A DNA stretch of 64,000 nucleotides from Candidatus Marinacidobacterales bacterium. Its GTDB lineage: Bacteria; Acidobacteriota; Vicinamibacteria; Marinacidobacterales; DATDRI01. Shown here piece after piece: positions 28,878-37,734 of this stretch. The stretch covers positions 5,088,001 to 5,152,000 of the forward strand of contig OZ245365.1 in NCBI GenBank assembly GCA_965226495.1, in the 5' to 3' direction. Positions within the stretch are counted from its first letter, which is position 1, and each line of letters opens with the position of its first letter. A model generated the notes under the pieces. The model worked only from the letters and a program-made list of their open reading frames with translations, had not been told where the DNA came from and did no database searches. A program made the position numbers and the translations under genes.

Positions 28878-30102
28878 TGACAAAGTCGAGGCAAGCGGCA
28901 GCCTCTCTGAGAGCGCTCTCAACGGTCGCCGGAGTTTCGCCGCTGGCAAAGATAAAGCCGAGATAACTCGAGCCTTCCGGAAGGGGCACCAACACCTTAC
29001 CGAGATGTGAGGTGATCGTCACGTCTTGAACTCCGGAAACCGCCTCTGCCTCTCTGACTCCCCGAACGCCTTTCAGAACACCTGCCTGTGGGATCGGTAT
29101 CATCATGACACCGGATGCGGCGGACTCGCGGCATAGCGTGCTCACCTCCATCCCCAAGGCGTGCCGAAGGAGCAATTCCTCGAGCGAAAGCCCTACACCG
29201 AATCTAAGCGACCGCGAGCAAAGCCCCCCAATGGATCGCCCGGCGATCTCTATGACCCACACCCCCTTGGAGTTCAATCGAAGCTCGGAGTGGACGGGTC
29301 CCTCTCGAAGCCCCAATGCGGCCGCCGCTTTGGCGGTGGTTGCCGCGATCTCAGATTGGCGTTGCTCGGGCAATCTGGACGGAGTCACGTAAATTGTCTC
29401 TTCGAAAAAAGGTCCCTCTAATGGATCGGGCTTGTCGAAAAGAGCTAGCACTTTGAGCTCCCCTCCGGTCATGACTCCCTCGAGGGCGACCTCGACACCC
29501 GATACGTAATCTTCGACCAACACCTGGCGAGCCAACGGCCCGCCACGACGGGCTAAATCGCGGTCGCCAAGAATCGCTCTCAATCGCTCGAAAGCCGAAA
29601 CGAATTCGCGCTCGCCGTTGGCGCGCATCACACCCCGGCTCGCCGCAAGAAAGACGGGCTTCAAAACACATGGGTAGTCGACGCGGCTCGCCAAATCCTC
29701 TGCGTCATCGGCTATCGCGAAGAGCCGATGGGCGGGAACAAGTACTTCGGCGCGAGAAAGCATTTCCCTCATCACGTGCTTCAAACGGGTCGCGGTGGCT
29801 GCCTGGGGAGAGTTGTGAGCGAGCCCGACCGCCTGCGAGATCGCGGCCGCCACGACTGCAGTGTCTTCGTCGACGGAGACCACCGCCTCGAAGGGGTATT
29901 CTCGATAGAAAGAAAGGGCTTTTTCCGCCGCAGAATCCGGGTCTAGGAAGTCGACGGTAAAGAGCGACCCTGGCTCTCGACTCTCCATCGTGCTGGCCTG
30001 CTCGGAGACGACCACCACGTCCACACCGAGCTTCCGCGCCGCCACCATGAAATCATGGGTGCGGTAGGTGTTGGTGGGCAATAAGAGGAGCACGCGAGGC
30101 AT
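28846..30102 (-). CDS. ATP-grasp domain protein
   Basis: K..MRE.L, YPCVLKP...ASRGV, VEDYVSG.EVALEG, HSELR..IEIAGRSIGG. Confidence 0.92.
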   Translation of the reverse strand: MPRVLLLLPTNTYRTHDFMVAARKLGVDVVVVSEQASTMESREPGSLFTVDFLDPDSAAEKALSFYREYPFEAVVSVDEDTAVVAAAISQAVGLAHNSPQAATATRLKHVMREMLSRAEVLVPAHRLFAIADDAEDLASRVDYPCVLKPVFLAASRGVMRANGEREFVSAFERLRAILGDRDLARRGGPLARQVLVEDYVSGVEVALEGVMTGGELKVLALFDKPDPLEGPFFEETIYVTPSRLPEQRQSEIAATTAKAAAALGLREGPVHSELRLNSKGVWVIEIAGRSIGGLCSRSLRFGVGLSLEELLLRHALGMEVSTLCRESAASGVMMIPIPQAGVLKGVRGVREAEAVSGVQDVTITSHLGKVLVPLPEGSSYLGFIFASGETPATVESALREAAACLDFVISPPSEGEQD

Positions 30103-30133
30103 AAAACCACATCAGGCAAGGGGGCTCGAGAAG

Positions 30134-30490
30134 CTATTTACGGTGAAAGTAACTGTCGGTGCCGTCGAGCCAGTCGTGCCGAATGGGACTGAAGATGTCC
30201 ACGTCCACCGTATCCTCGAGCGCCTCGGCGCGGTGCGGAACGTTGGGAGGTATGACCACGAACTCGCCGGACCTTACCGTGACTTCCTCCTCTGCCTCGC
30301 CGATCCAAAGACGGAGTGCCCCTTCCATGATGTAGGTGATCTGTTCCGCCTCGTGCGAGTGGGTCGGAACGACGGCGTCTTTCTTGAGAAGAACGCGAGC
30401 CATCATCTCGTTCTTGCCCATCACGATCTGGCGACTAATGACGTCCGTCACCTTCTCGATGGGGACCCGATCCCAATTCAGTGGCTCCAT
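30134..30490 (-). CDS. Cupin domain protein
   Basis: PTHSHEAEQ and IPPNVPH metal motifs, DIFSP.R.DW. Confidence 0.92.
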   Translation of the reverse strand: MEPLNWDRVPIEKVTDVISRQIVMGKNEMMARVLLKKDAVVPTHSHEAEQITYIMEGALRLWIGEAEEEVTVRSGEFVVIPPNVPHRAEALEDTVDVDIFSPIRHDWLDGTDSYFHRK

Positions 30491-31084
30491 TTATTCTCCC
30501 GTTTGCAGACGGATCGTCTTGATGACGACGGCCTCGACGGGAACATCTTGTTTAAAGGGGCCCTTACTCCCCGTTTTGACCTTCCTGATCTTATCCACGA
30601 CGTCCATGCCTTCGGTGACCTCCCCGAAGACCGCATAGCCATAATCCCGCGCGCTCGGCCCTTTGTAATTCAAGAAAGCGTTTTTGTTCGAAACGTTGAT
30701 GAAGAACTGCGACGTGGCACTATGAATCTCGTTCGTGCGCGCCATCACGATGGTGCCGCGGGTGTTCTTCAAGCCATTGGCCGCTTCGTTCTTGATTGGC
30801 TCACCAACCGGCTTCTTCTGCATGTCGGCGGTGAATCCTCCACCCTGGATCATGAAGTTCGGGATGACACGGTGAAAAACGGTGCCGTCGTAGAACCCGT
30901 CGTTGACGTAGGCCAGGAAGTTCTCGACCGAGACCGGCGCCTTGCTTGGGTTGAGACGAACCGTGATGTCTCCCATAGAGGTCTCAATGACAACGACCGG
31001 ATCATCTGCTCCCTCGACGAGAGCTCCGGAAGCGAGCGCCAGTACTAAGCAAAGCGAACCGAGAGAAAACCGACCGACGGTCAT
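30491..31084 (-). CDS. ppiA: Periplasmic cyclophilin-type peptidyl-prolyl isomerase
   Basis: Signal peptide, [36 protein letters not shown]. Confidence 0.95.
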   Translation of the reverse strand: MTVGRFSLGSLCLVLALASGALVEGADDPVVVIETSMGDITVRLNPSKAPVSVENFLAYVNDGFYDGTVFHRVIPNFMIQGGGFTADMQKKPVGEPIKNEAANGLKNTRGTIVMARTNEIHSATSQFFINVSNKNAFLNYKGPSARDYGYAVFGEVTEGMDVVDKIRKVKTGSKGPFKQDVPVEAVVIKTIRLQTGE

Positions 31085-31170
31085 GCGGCCACCTCCTTTA
31101 GGAAAGGGAAATCTTTGGCGTTAAACAGAACGGAGCCGAGTATGCCCGATTGGCCGACCGCTTGTCCAAT

Positions 31171-31223
31171 ATGGCAGGTAATGGCAGGTATGGCCGGCTG
31201 TCAGGCTGTCAGGCTGTCAGGCC
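31171..31223. repeat. Short tandem repeats (ATGGCAGGTA)x2 and (GGCTGTCA)x3
   Basis: Seen directly; the 8-mer repeat includes the ogt stop codon. Confidence 0.85.
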
Positions 31224-31795
31224 GGCGGCGGAGCAGTACCTCGGTTGAAGAGGCTCATTTGAACAGGCTGCGGGGCACCGTCGCGGAGCACCCCTTCGTG
31301 CAGCAATAGCCAACGCTTAGCCGACAACCCACCCCCGAAGCCGGTCAGCGAGCCATCCGCCCCCACCACGCGATGGCAAGGGATGACCAAGGGAATCGGG
31401 TTAGCACCGTTGGCCGCCCCGACCGCGCGAGAGGCAGCGGGGCTTCCCGCCAAGTGCGCGATCTCGGAGTAAGACGCGATGCACCCGAACGGAATTCGTG
31501 CGACGTTAGCCCAAACCGTCTTCTGGAACGGGGTTCCGCGTAGGTCGAGGGGTAGATCGAAAACCCTCCGACGTCCTTCGAAATACTGGTTCAGTTGCTG
31601 GACGACCTGAGTGTGAGCGGAACCGCCGGGCAATGTCGTTTGTTCTTTGGCCCGAGGGAAGACCCGCCGCATCCATCGCTCGTGACGCTCGGGCTCCTTC
31701 GGGAAGGCGATAGTCGCCAGACCGATGGAGGTGAACACCAAGCGGAGAGGGCCTAGCGGACTATCTAGCGTGGATCGAAAGACGGTCTCGCTCAT
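31217..31795 (-). CDS. ogt: Methylated-DNA-protein-cysteine methyltransferase
   Basis: GTPFQ..VW, SY..IA, RAVGAANG.NP, active site PCHRV. Confidence 0.95.
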   Translation of the reverse strand: MSETVFRSTLDSPLGPLRLVFTSIGLATIAFPKEPERHERWMRRVFPRAKEQTTLPGGSAHTQVVQQLNQYFEGRRRVFDLPLDLRGTPFQKTVWANVARIPFGCIASYSEIAHLAGSPAASRAVGAANGANPIPLVIPCHRVVGADGSLTGFGGGLSAKRWLLLHEGVLRDGAPQPVQMSLFNRGTAPPPA

Positions 31796-31849
31796 TGCGG
31801 TAAGCCACCTAATAGCACGGTGGCCCTTAAAGTCAAAGCGGGGTTTTGG

Positions 31850-32323
31850 CTAGTGCTCGAGCGCTTTGAGCATCGCTTCCCACTCGGCCTCGAGCTCGAA
31901 AAAACCCTTGCCGAAGGCGGAGCGGGCAGCCGCATCGATGCCGACTTTCTCCGCACGCTGAAAGAAACGCCGTAAGCGCTGCATTCCCTGCCTCTCGAAG
32001 AGGTATTGGACGAAAGACCCGATCAATTGGAACCGGATTCCGTCGGTGGCTCGCTTCCCAGCCTCGTGGAGATGGTTGAGCGCATCGGCGGCCCGCTGAT
32101 GGAGAGAAGCAAGTGACCGGCGAGAGGACCAGACGAAGGTTGCGAGACCTCGGCGAAGCCATTCCATATTCACCGGGAAACCCTGAGGGCCGCCGAGAAC
32201 TGGCCCGAGCCCCCCTATCGAGATGGAACGAGCGCTTTCCAAAGCAAATTCTCCTTTATCAGTCAAACAGATCCCTCGAAACCCTACATCGATTGATGCA
32301 ATCCGCGTACCAGAGCACGCCAT
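31850..32323 (-). CDS. Hypothetical protein resembling the C-terminal half of a peptidase MA/gluzincin
   Basis: WLRRGLAT, GSFVQYL.E..G...L, AFG....LE.EW pattern; no HExxH; start uncertain. Confidence 0.55.
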   Translation of the reverse strand: MACSGTRIASIDVGFRGICLTDKGEFALESARSISIGGLGPVLGGPQGFPVNMEWLRRGLATFVWSSRRSLASLHQRAADALNHLHEAGKRATDGIRFQLIGSFVQYLFERQGMQRLRRFFQRAEKVGIDAAARSAFGKGFFELEAEWEAMLKALEH

Positions 32324-32497
32324 GCGCCTATGGCTGTAACCCGCACATTAGAAAGCGAATTTTCTCGGTTGGTGCTCGACGAATCGATGGCGTGTGTAAA
32401 AATTTCGTCACCTCTTGCGCGAATCGGTACAAAGAATTGGACACTTCTCGGGCTGGCCCTCGTGGATCGTCTCCCGACTAAGTACTAGACTGACATC

Positions 32498-33136
32498 GTG
32501 GAACGGATCCTCGCCATCCTCTTCGACTGGGACGGTACGTTGCTGGATTCTTATGCCGCCGGCTTCCGCGCGTCGATGGCGGTTTTCCGTCATTTTGAAA
32601 TCCCGGTCGACCGAGAGCGATTCCTAAGCACCTACAGCCCGAATTGGTATGTCACCTATCGCCAATTGGGAGTACCCGAGGGCAGTTGGGACGAGGCCGA
32701 CCGGGTTTGGCTCGACACTTACGGCAAGGAACAGCCCGAGCTCTACCCTTTCGCGCAACGAACGATCGAGACGCTGAACCGGAACGGCTATACGCTGGGA
32801 ATCGTGACGAGTGGAAGCCGGGAGCGAGTCATGAGAGAGCTTGAGCACCACGGTCTAGCTGAGATCTTTTCCACGGTCGTTTGCTTCGAGGACACGAAGC
32901 AAAAGAAACCGGATCCCGAACCCCTGCTGGCGGCACTGGAGCAGCTGAAACGTCAGCCTGAAGAGGCAGCCTACGTCGGGGACCGACCGGAGGATATCCT
33001 GATGGGCAAGAAAACCGGCTCCTATAGCATCGGTGTGGAAAGCCCTTTCGGCACCCGGCAGATTCTCGAGGAGGCGTCGCCCGATCTCATTCTTCCCGAT
33101 GCTGGACACCTCCCTAGCCGCTTCGGTCCGAGATGA
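32498..33136 (+). CDS. HAD-superfamily hydrolase (phosphoglycolate phosphatase-like)
   Basis: FDWDGTL, VTS, KPDPEP, YVGD...D. Confidence 0.92.
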   Translation: MERILAILFDWDGTLLDSYAAGFRASMAVFRHFEIPVDRERFLSTYSPNWYVTYRQLGVPEGSWDEADRVWLDTYGKEQPELYPFAQRTIETLNRNGYTLGIVTSGSRERVMRELEHHGLAEIFSTVVCFEDTKQKKPDPEPLLAALEQLKRQPEEAAYVGDRPEDILMGKKTGSYSIGVESPFGTRQILEEASPDLILPDAGHLPSRFGPR

Positions 33137-33606
33137 CGGGGCCTGAGACACCGAGCTTCGTAGCCGACGCCATGGTCGGAAAGCTGGCGCGTTGGCTGCG
33201 CGTGCTGGGCTTGGACGTCCTCTACGATGCCTCACTCAACGACCACCAGCTCCAGGCCATCGCTCGCCGCGAGAGACGGGTGTTGCTCACCCGCGATGTA
33301 CCTTTGGCCTCGGCAAGCCATGGGCTGGAACGGCTACTTATCGCGAGCGGCGACTTCCGCGAACAGGTGGTCCAAGTAGTCGAGGCCTATCGACTCGATC
33401 CGTGGCGGGGGCTATTCAGGCGTTGCATGGATTGCAACACTCCACTCGTACCGGCGCTCCGGGAGGAGGCACAGCACCGGATCCCGCCCTATGTTTTTTC
33501 AACCACCGCCAGCTTCATGAGATGCGAACGCTGTGGCAAGATTTTGTGGGAAGGTACTCATCGCGAACATATGCGAGAAGTGCTCGAAGGATTGTTCGCG
33601 GAGTGA
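33133..33606 (+). CDS. Mut7-C RNase (PIN plus Zn ribbon) domain protein
   Basis: FVADAMVGKLARWLRVLG.D, LLTRD, RC..CN, C..CGKI.WEGTH. Confidence 0.92.
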   Translation: MTGPETPSFVADAMVGKLARWLRVLGLDVLYDASLNDHQLQAIARRERRVLLTRDVPLASASHGLERLLIASGDFREQVVQVVEAYRLDPWRGLFRRCMDCNTPLVPALREEAQHRIPPYVFSTTASFMRCERCGKILWEGTHREHMREVLEGLFAE

Positions 33607-33706
33607 GAGCGCTCCTTCACTCGAGCTCGTAAACCGGCCCACGCCCAGCAGAAGTCAACATGGCAAACTCTCGAACCTCCGCGAACCATCCGTTACACTG
33701 TTTAAC

Positions 33707-34864
33707 GTGAAAGTTCTCCTGCTCGCCGATGTGTCTCCGTGGAAAGTGATTGGGGGCGCGGAGCGTGTCCTGAGGGAGCACGCGACGCGTCTGGCCCGTC
33801 GAGGTCACCAGGTAGTCGTTCTCTGTCGGCAACCGGCCCCCGAAGCACCGCCGATCGTCACAATAGGCGAAGTGGAGGTCCGGCACGTTCGAGGGCAGCG
33901 ACGGTGGCCGTGGGACTGGACACTCGGCGTGGCCTGGCGTGCGAAAAATATGACGCGAGATCTGGCAGCGGACGCTCTCATCGCCTACCAACCCATTGTC
34001 AGCTGGGGAGCCAGCGGAAAAAGTCGCGTCCCCCTCATTTATTGTTTCCTGTCCCCTGCCTCCGACGAATACGCTACTCGGCATGCCCCCGGCCTCTTCC
34101 GGTGGGTCGGTTCGACTCTTCTGGGTTGGATAGAGTCTAGAGTCATTGCCCGAGCCAACGAGGTGATCGTCTTGAGTGAGTTCTCTCGTGGTGAGCTTCG
34201 GCGCCACCATGGACGAAACATCACCACGGCGCGACTAATACCGGGGGGTGTGGACACACAAGTCTTTCGCCCGGTCGAAGATCCAAGCGGTGCGCGGGAC
34301 GAGCTCGGTCTGCCTCGAGAGGGACCACTCCTAGTGACGGTACGCAACTTGGTTCCGCGAATGGGGCTCGAAGTTCTGCTGCGAGCCATGCCCGCGGTGC
34401 TCTTAGAGATCCCCGAAGCGACCCTCGCAATCGGTGGCCAGGGACCGTTACGAAAGGAGCTCGAGTATCTGGCAGAGACCTTGGGAATCCATTCACGCGT
34501 CCGTTTTCTGGGTTACGTCGAAGAAGAGCGCTTGTCTTCTCTGATGAGCGCCGCCGATCTGTTTGTCTTGCCCACCGTCCTGATGGAGGGTTTCGGTTTG
34601 GTGACGGTCGAGGCCCTCGCGTGCGGCACGCCGGTGGTGGGCACCTCGGTGGGTGCCACTCCCGAGATCTTGGCTCCACTGGACGAAAGACTTCTCATCA
34701 CCGATGTACAACCGTCCACGCTCAGCAACAAGATCATCGAGAGGCTCAAGTTCTCAGCCGAGGATCCAGATGAGAATGCTCGGTTCCGCCGCTCCTGCCG
34801 GGAGTACGCGAAGAAATACGACTGGGAGCTTGCCGTCGACGCTCTCGAGAGCTCCCTTCCCTGA
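33707..34864 (+). CDS. Glycosyltransferase family 4
   Basis: GGAERV, IPGGVD, VRNLVPRMG, EGFGLVTVEALACG. Confidence 0.92.
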   Translation: MKVLLLADVSPWKVIGGAERVLREHATRLARRGHQVVVLCRQPAPEAPPIVTIGEVEVRHVRGQRRWPWDWTLGVAWRAKNMTRDLAADALIAYQPIVSWGASGKSRVPLIYCFLSPASDEYATRHAPGLFRWVGSTLLGWIESRVIARANEVIVLSEFSRGELRRHHGRNITTARLIPGGVDTQVFRPVEDPSGARDELGLPREGPLLVTVRNLVPRMGLEVLLRAMPAVLLEIPEATLAIGGQGPLRKELEYLAETLGIHSRVRFLGYVEEERLSSLMSAADLFVLPTVLMEGFGLVTVEALACGTPVVGTSVGATPEILAPLDERLLITDVQPSTLSNKIIERLKFSAEDPDENARFRRSCREYAKKYDWELAVDALESSLP

Positions 34865-34866
34865 AA

Positions 34867-35733
34867 ATGGAACTCGGCCCGTGCCCTTTCTGCGGCGAGG
34901 GAGCTTCACGACGATCGCTCCGCCTCAGAGAATTCACCCTGTGGAAGTGTGAAAGCTGTGACACGCTGCAACGAGTCGCTCGAATGAACCCCGAGGAGGC
35001 CGAACGGTTTTACCGATGCGAGTACGGTCCCCGGTTTCTCTCCGGAGCGGACGTGGCGGCCCGACGTCGCATGTTTGGTCACCTGCTTGCTGGTCTTGGC
35101 CCGCCCCATCGGCGGAGATTGCTCGACCTCGGCGCAGGAAGCGGACTCTTCGTTCGCATGGCGTTAGATTCCGGATGGCAGGCGGAGGGTACGGAGCTTT
35201 CGATCCAGAGCCGGGACTGGGCAATGGAGCACCACGGTGTCGCGCTGCGCGATCCCGTGTCCTCGCCGCCGGACGATGCCAGCTATGACGTGGTAAGCAT
35301 CATCAACGTACTGGATCAGGCACCTGATCCAGTAATGCTGCTGCGTCAGGCTCGTAAAGCGCTTCGCCCCAATGGCCTTTTGCTCGTGCGGGTCCCCAAC
35401 GGCTCCTTCCACATCTGCTGGAACCGCCTCGCCTCGCTGCCGGGGCTGAGTCGCTTCGCGCGGCTCGGCATCATACATTCGCTTGCCTTCACTCCCAAGA
35501 GCCTCCGGCACGTCCTCCACGCCGAGGGATACTTAATCCTGAGCATCCGAAATGCACGGTTTGCCGAGGGGCCACCCCCGGGCGCGTCCCCCAGTTTTCT
35601 GCTTCCAATTCTGCTCAAAGTAGCTGCCTTGTTCGCCCGAGCCCCCGTTCTCTGGGGTCCTTCTCTGGAGATTTACGCGAGTCCGGGAGGGCGCCACCTC
35701 GGACAAGTTGATCTCGCGACCTCGAAGGTGTAG
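34867..35733 (+). CDS. Class I SAM methyltransferase with N-terminal Cys4 zinc ribbon
   Basis: CPFC...C..C, LLDLGAGSG, L.PNG.L...VPN. Confidence 0.88.
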   Translation: MELGPCPFCGEGASRRSLRLREFTLWKCESCDTLQRVARMNPEEAERFYRCEYGPRFLSGADVAARRRMFGHLLAGLGPPHRRRLLDLGAGSGLFVRMALDSGWQAEGTELSIQSRDWAMEHHGVALRDPVSSPPDDASYDVVSIINVLDQAPDPVMLLRQARKALRPNGLLLVRVPNGSFHICWNRLASLPGLSRFARLGIIHSLAFTPKSLRHVLHAEGYLILSIRNARFAEGPPPGASPSFLLPILLKVAALFARAPVLWGPSLEIYASPGGRHLGQVDLATSKV

Positions 35734-35786
35734 CCTCGATGAAAAGCTCATATCTCTAACTCTCTGCCTGAATTGCGCGGAAAAAT

Positions 35787-37730
35787 ATGACGAGAGAACT
35801 TTGCCGTGACTTCGTTTGTCCTCGGTGTCACGGCGAGCTCGCGCGGGCATCGGACCGCCTGCAATGCGGCAACTGCGACTCCGAGTACTCCATCACGGCA
35901 AACATTCCCTGTTTCGCGATCGGATCGAGCGCGTGGCAGTTTTCTTCCCACACGTCGCCCGAAGGCTTGTTGGCGCAAGCCAGAGAAAAGGGCTGGCGAC
36001 ACAGCATCGCCGAGATGGACGACGATCGGGCCGATTGGGTCACAGGCGAGAATCGTTTCACTCTTTCGATTCTTTCAACTCCGAAGGGACGGGTGCTCGA
36101 CTGTGGGAGCGGTTGGGGAGGTTTGACCTTTCGGCTAGCCGAAGAGTTCGACGAGGTATATGCCTTCGATTTCTCATTGGATGGTCTTCAGTTCATCCAG
36201 ATTCGGTCCGAACAAGAGGGAATCACCAACGTGAACACCACCCAGGGCAGCGTCTTATCGCTTCCGTACCCGGACGATTTCTTTGATGTCGTCGTTTTGA
36301 ACGGCGTCTTGGAATGGGTGGGCACGTTCTCAGACGAACGTCCTCCGGATCAACTGCAGGAAATCGCGCTTAGAGAAATCATGAGGGTTCTTCGGCCCCA
36401 GGGTACGCTCTTCCTGGCCATTGAGAACCGGTACGGGCTACAGTATTTCCTAGGATACAAGGAAGAGCACACCGCGCTCCGATTCATTTCGCTATTGCCC
36501 AGACCGCTCGCCAAGCTCTACCACCGGATCCGACGGGGCAAGGACTTCAGGGCTTTGACCCATTCCCGCTCCGCACTAGAAGGAATGTTAAAAAGGTGCG
36601 GCTTCGCCGAGATGACATGGCTGTTCGTACACCCCAGCTACCGGAACACCCGTCTCGCCGCGACGCTAATGGGCCCGAGTGGATTGAGATTCCTAATCGG
36701 TCATTTCCTATCCAACGCACCGCTTCTGCGAAGACGGGTACCGCGATTCCTGTTAGACGGCCTCCTTAGGGTAGATGAGTTTCTCAAATTGTGCGTCTTC
36801 TTCTCCCCGTCCTGGACTGTCTTCGCCTGTCCCACTTCCACTCCTCGGCTCGCCTTGCGGACTGGAAACGATCTCATCGAGCTGAGCGCCCCGGGAACCG
36901 ACTTGGCAGTGGTCATAAATGACCGGAGGGCCAACTTCTTTTCCGTCGAAGGAACGGGGGCCCGCCTAACCGGGAAATACTCGCTCCCCGTCACGAAAAA
37001 AGCATCGCGCAAGACGCAAATCTCGTTCGCCTTCTGGGAAACCATCACCGAGCAACGGCCGGAACTCAAAGAGAATTTCCCACGGACTTCGATCTGGAAG
37101 GGGCAGTGGGGCTATTTCGATCACACCGCTGCCGTTACGGGCTCGGTGATGAATCTGAACGACCCTGAACAGATGAAGTGTTTTCACACCCTGGTTCTTG
37201 AGTTGAATCGCTTGTCCGTTCCTCAGCCGAGGGTAGAAGCCCTCTTTGCCGACTTCGACATTCGAACGAGCCTGATGGAAAGAGCGAACAAGTTGGGCTT
37301 TGATCGAGCGTTCCGAGAATCTTTAGACAGGCCGCAATTCATTCACGGAGACCTGAACGCCGGCAACATTCTCATGTCTCTCAACGGTTCCTTGCACGCG
37401 ACACTGATCGATCTAGAACACGCCAAGATTGGACCCGCGGTCTTGAACTGGTACGACTTCCTCCTGCGAAATTTCGTTATTGCGGGAGACAGAATTCCTT
37501 TGAAGTCGCGGACCGTGATCGATCGGTTCCGGAGGCTCCCAGGAAACAAGGACAGCCAACCGCTCTTGAGCCGCCTGACGGCGCAGTTCCTGAACGAGTG
37601 TGAGGTTCCCATCGCTCGGCACCACCAGTACGTCACTTTATATATGCACTACCTCTGCCAAGATCCAGTCGTCGACAACCCGAAGAAGGCTCTCGACGCC
37701 CTGTCCGACATGAAATTTTCCCTATCTTAA
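35787..37730 (+). CDS. Trm112-like Zn finger + SAM methyltransferase + APH/kinase-like fusion protein
   Basis: CPRC...C..C, VLDCGSGWG, NGVLEWV, C-terminal HGDLNAGNIL and IDLE. Confidence 0.85.
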   Translation: MTRELCRDFVCPRCHGELARASDRLQCGNCDSEYSITANIPCFAIGSSAWQFSSHTSPEGLLAQAREKGWRHSIAEMDDDRADWVTGENRFTLSILSTPKGRVLDCGSGWGGLTFRLAEEFDEVYAFDFSLDGLQFIQIRSEQEGITNVNTTQGSVLSLPYPDDFFDVVVLNGVLEWVGTFSDERPPDQLQEIALREIMRVLRPQGTLFLAIENRYGLQYFLGYKEEHTALRFISLLPRPLAKLYHRIRRGKDFRALTHSRSALEGMLKRCGFAEMTWLFVHPSYRNTRLAATLMGPSGLRFLIGHFLSNAPLLRRRVPRFLLDGLLRVDEFLKLCVFFSPSWTVFACPTSTPRLALRTGNDLIELSAPGTDLAVVINDRRANFFSVEGTGARLTGKYSLPVTKKASRKTQISFAFWETITEQRPELKENFPRTSIWKGQWGYFDHTAAVTGSVMNLNDPEQMKCFHTLVLELNRLSVPQPRVEALFADFDIRTSLMERANKLGFDRAFRESLDRPQFIHGDLNAGNILMSLNGSLHATLIDLEHAKIGPAVLNWYDFLLRNFVIAGDRIPLKSRTVIDRFRRLPGNKDSQPLLSRLTAQFLNECEVPIARHHQYVTLYMHYLCQDPVVDNPKKALDALSDMKFSLS

Positions 37731-37734
37731 AGTC

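Noticed and set aside
30068-31048. 326-aa plus-strand ORF
   Set aside because: Antisense shadow of the clearly identifiable cupin and cyclophilin genes
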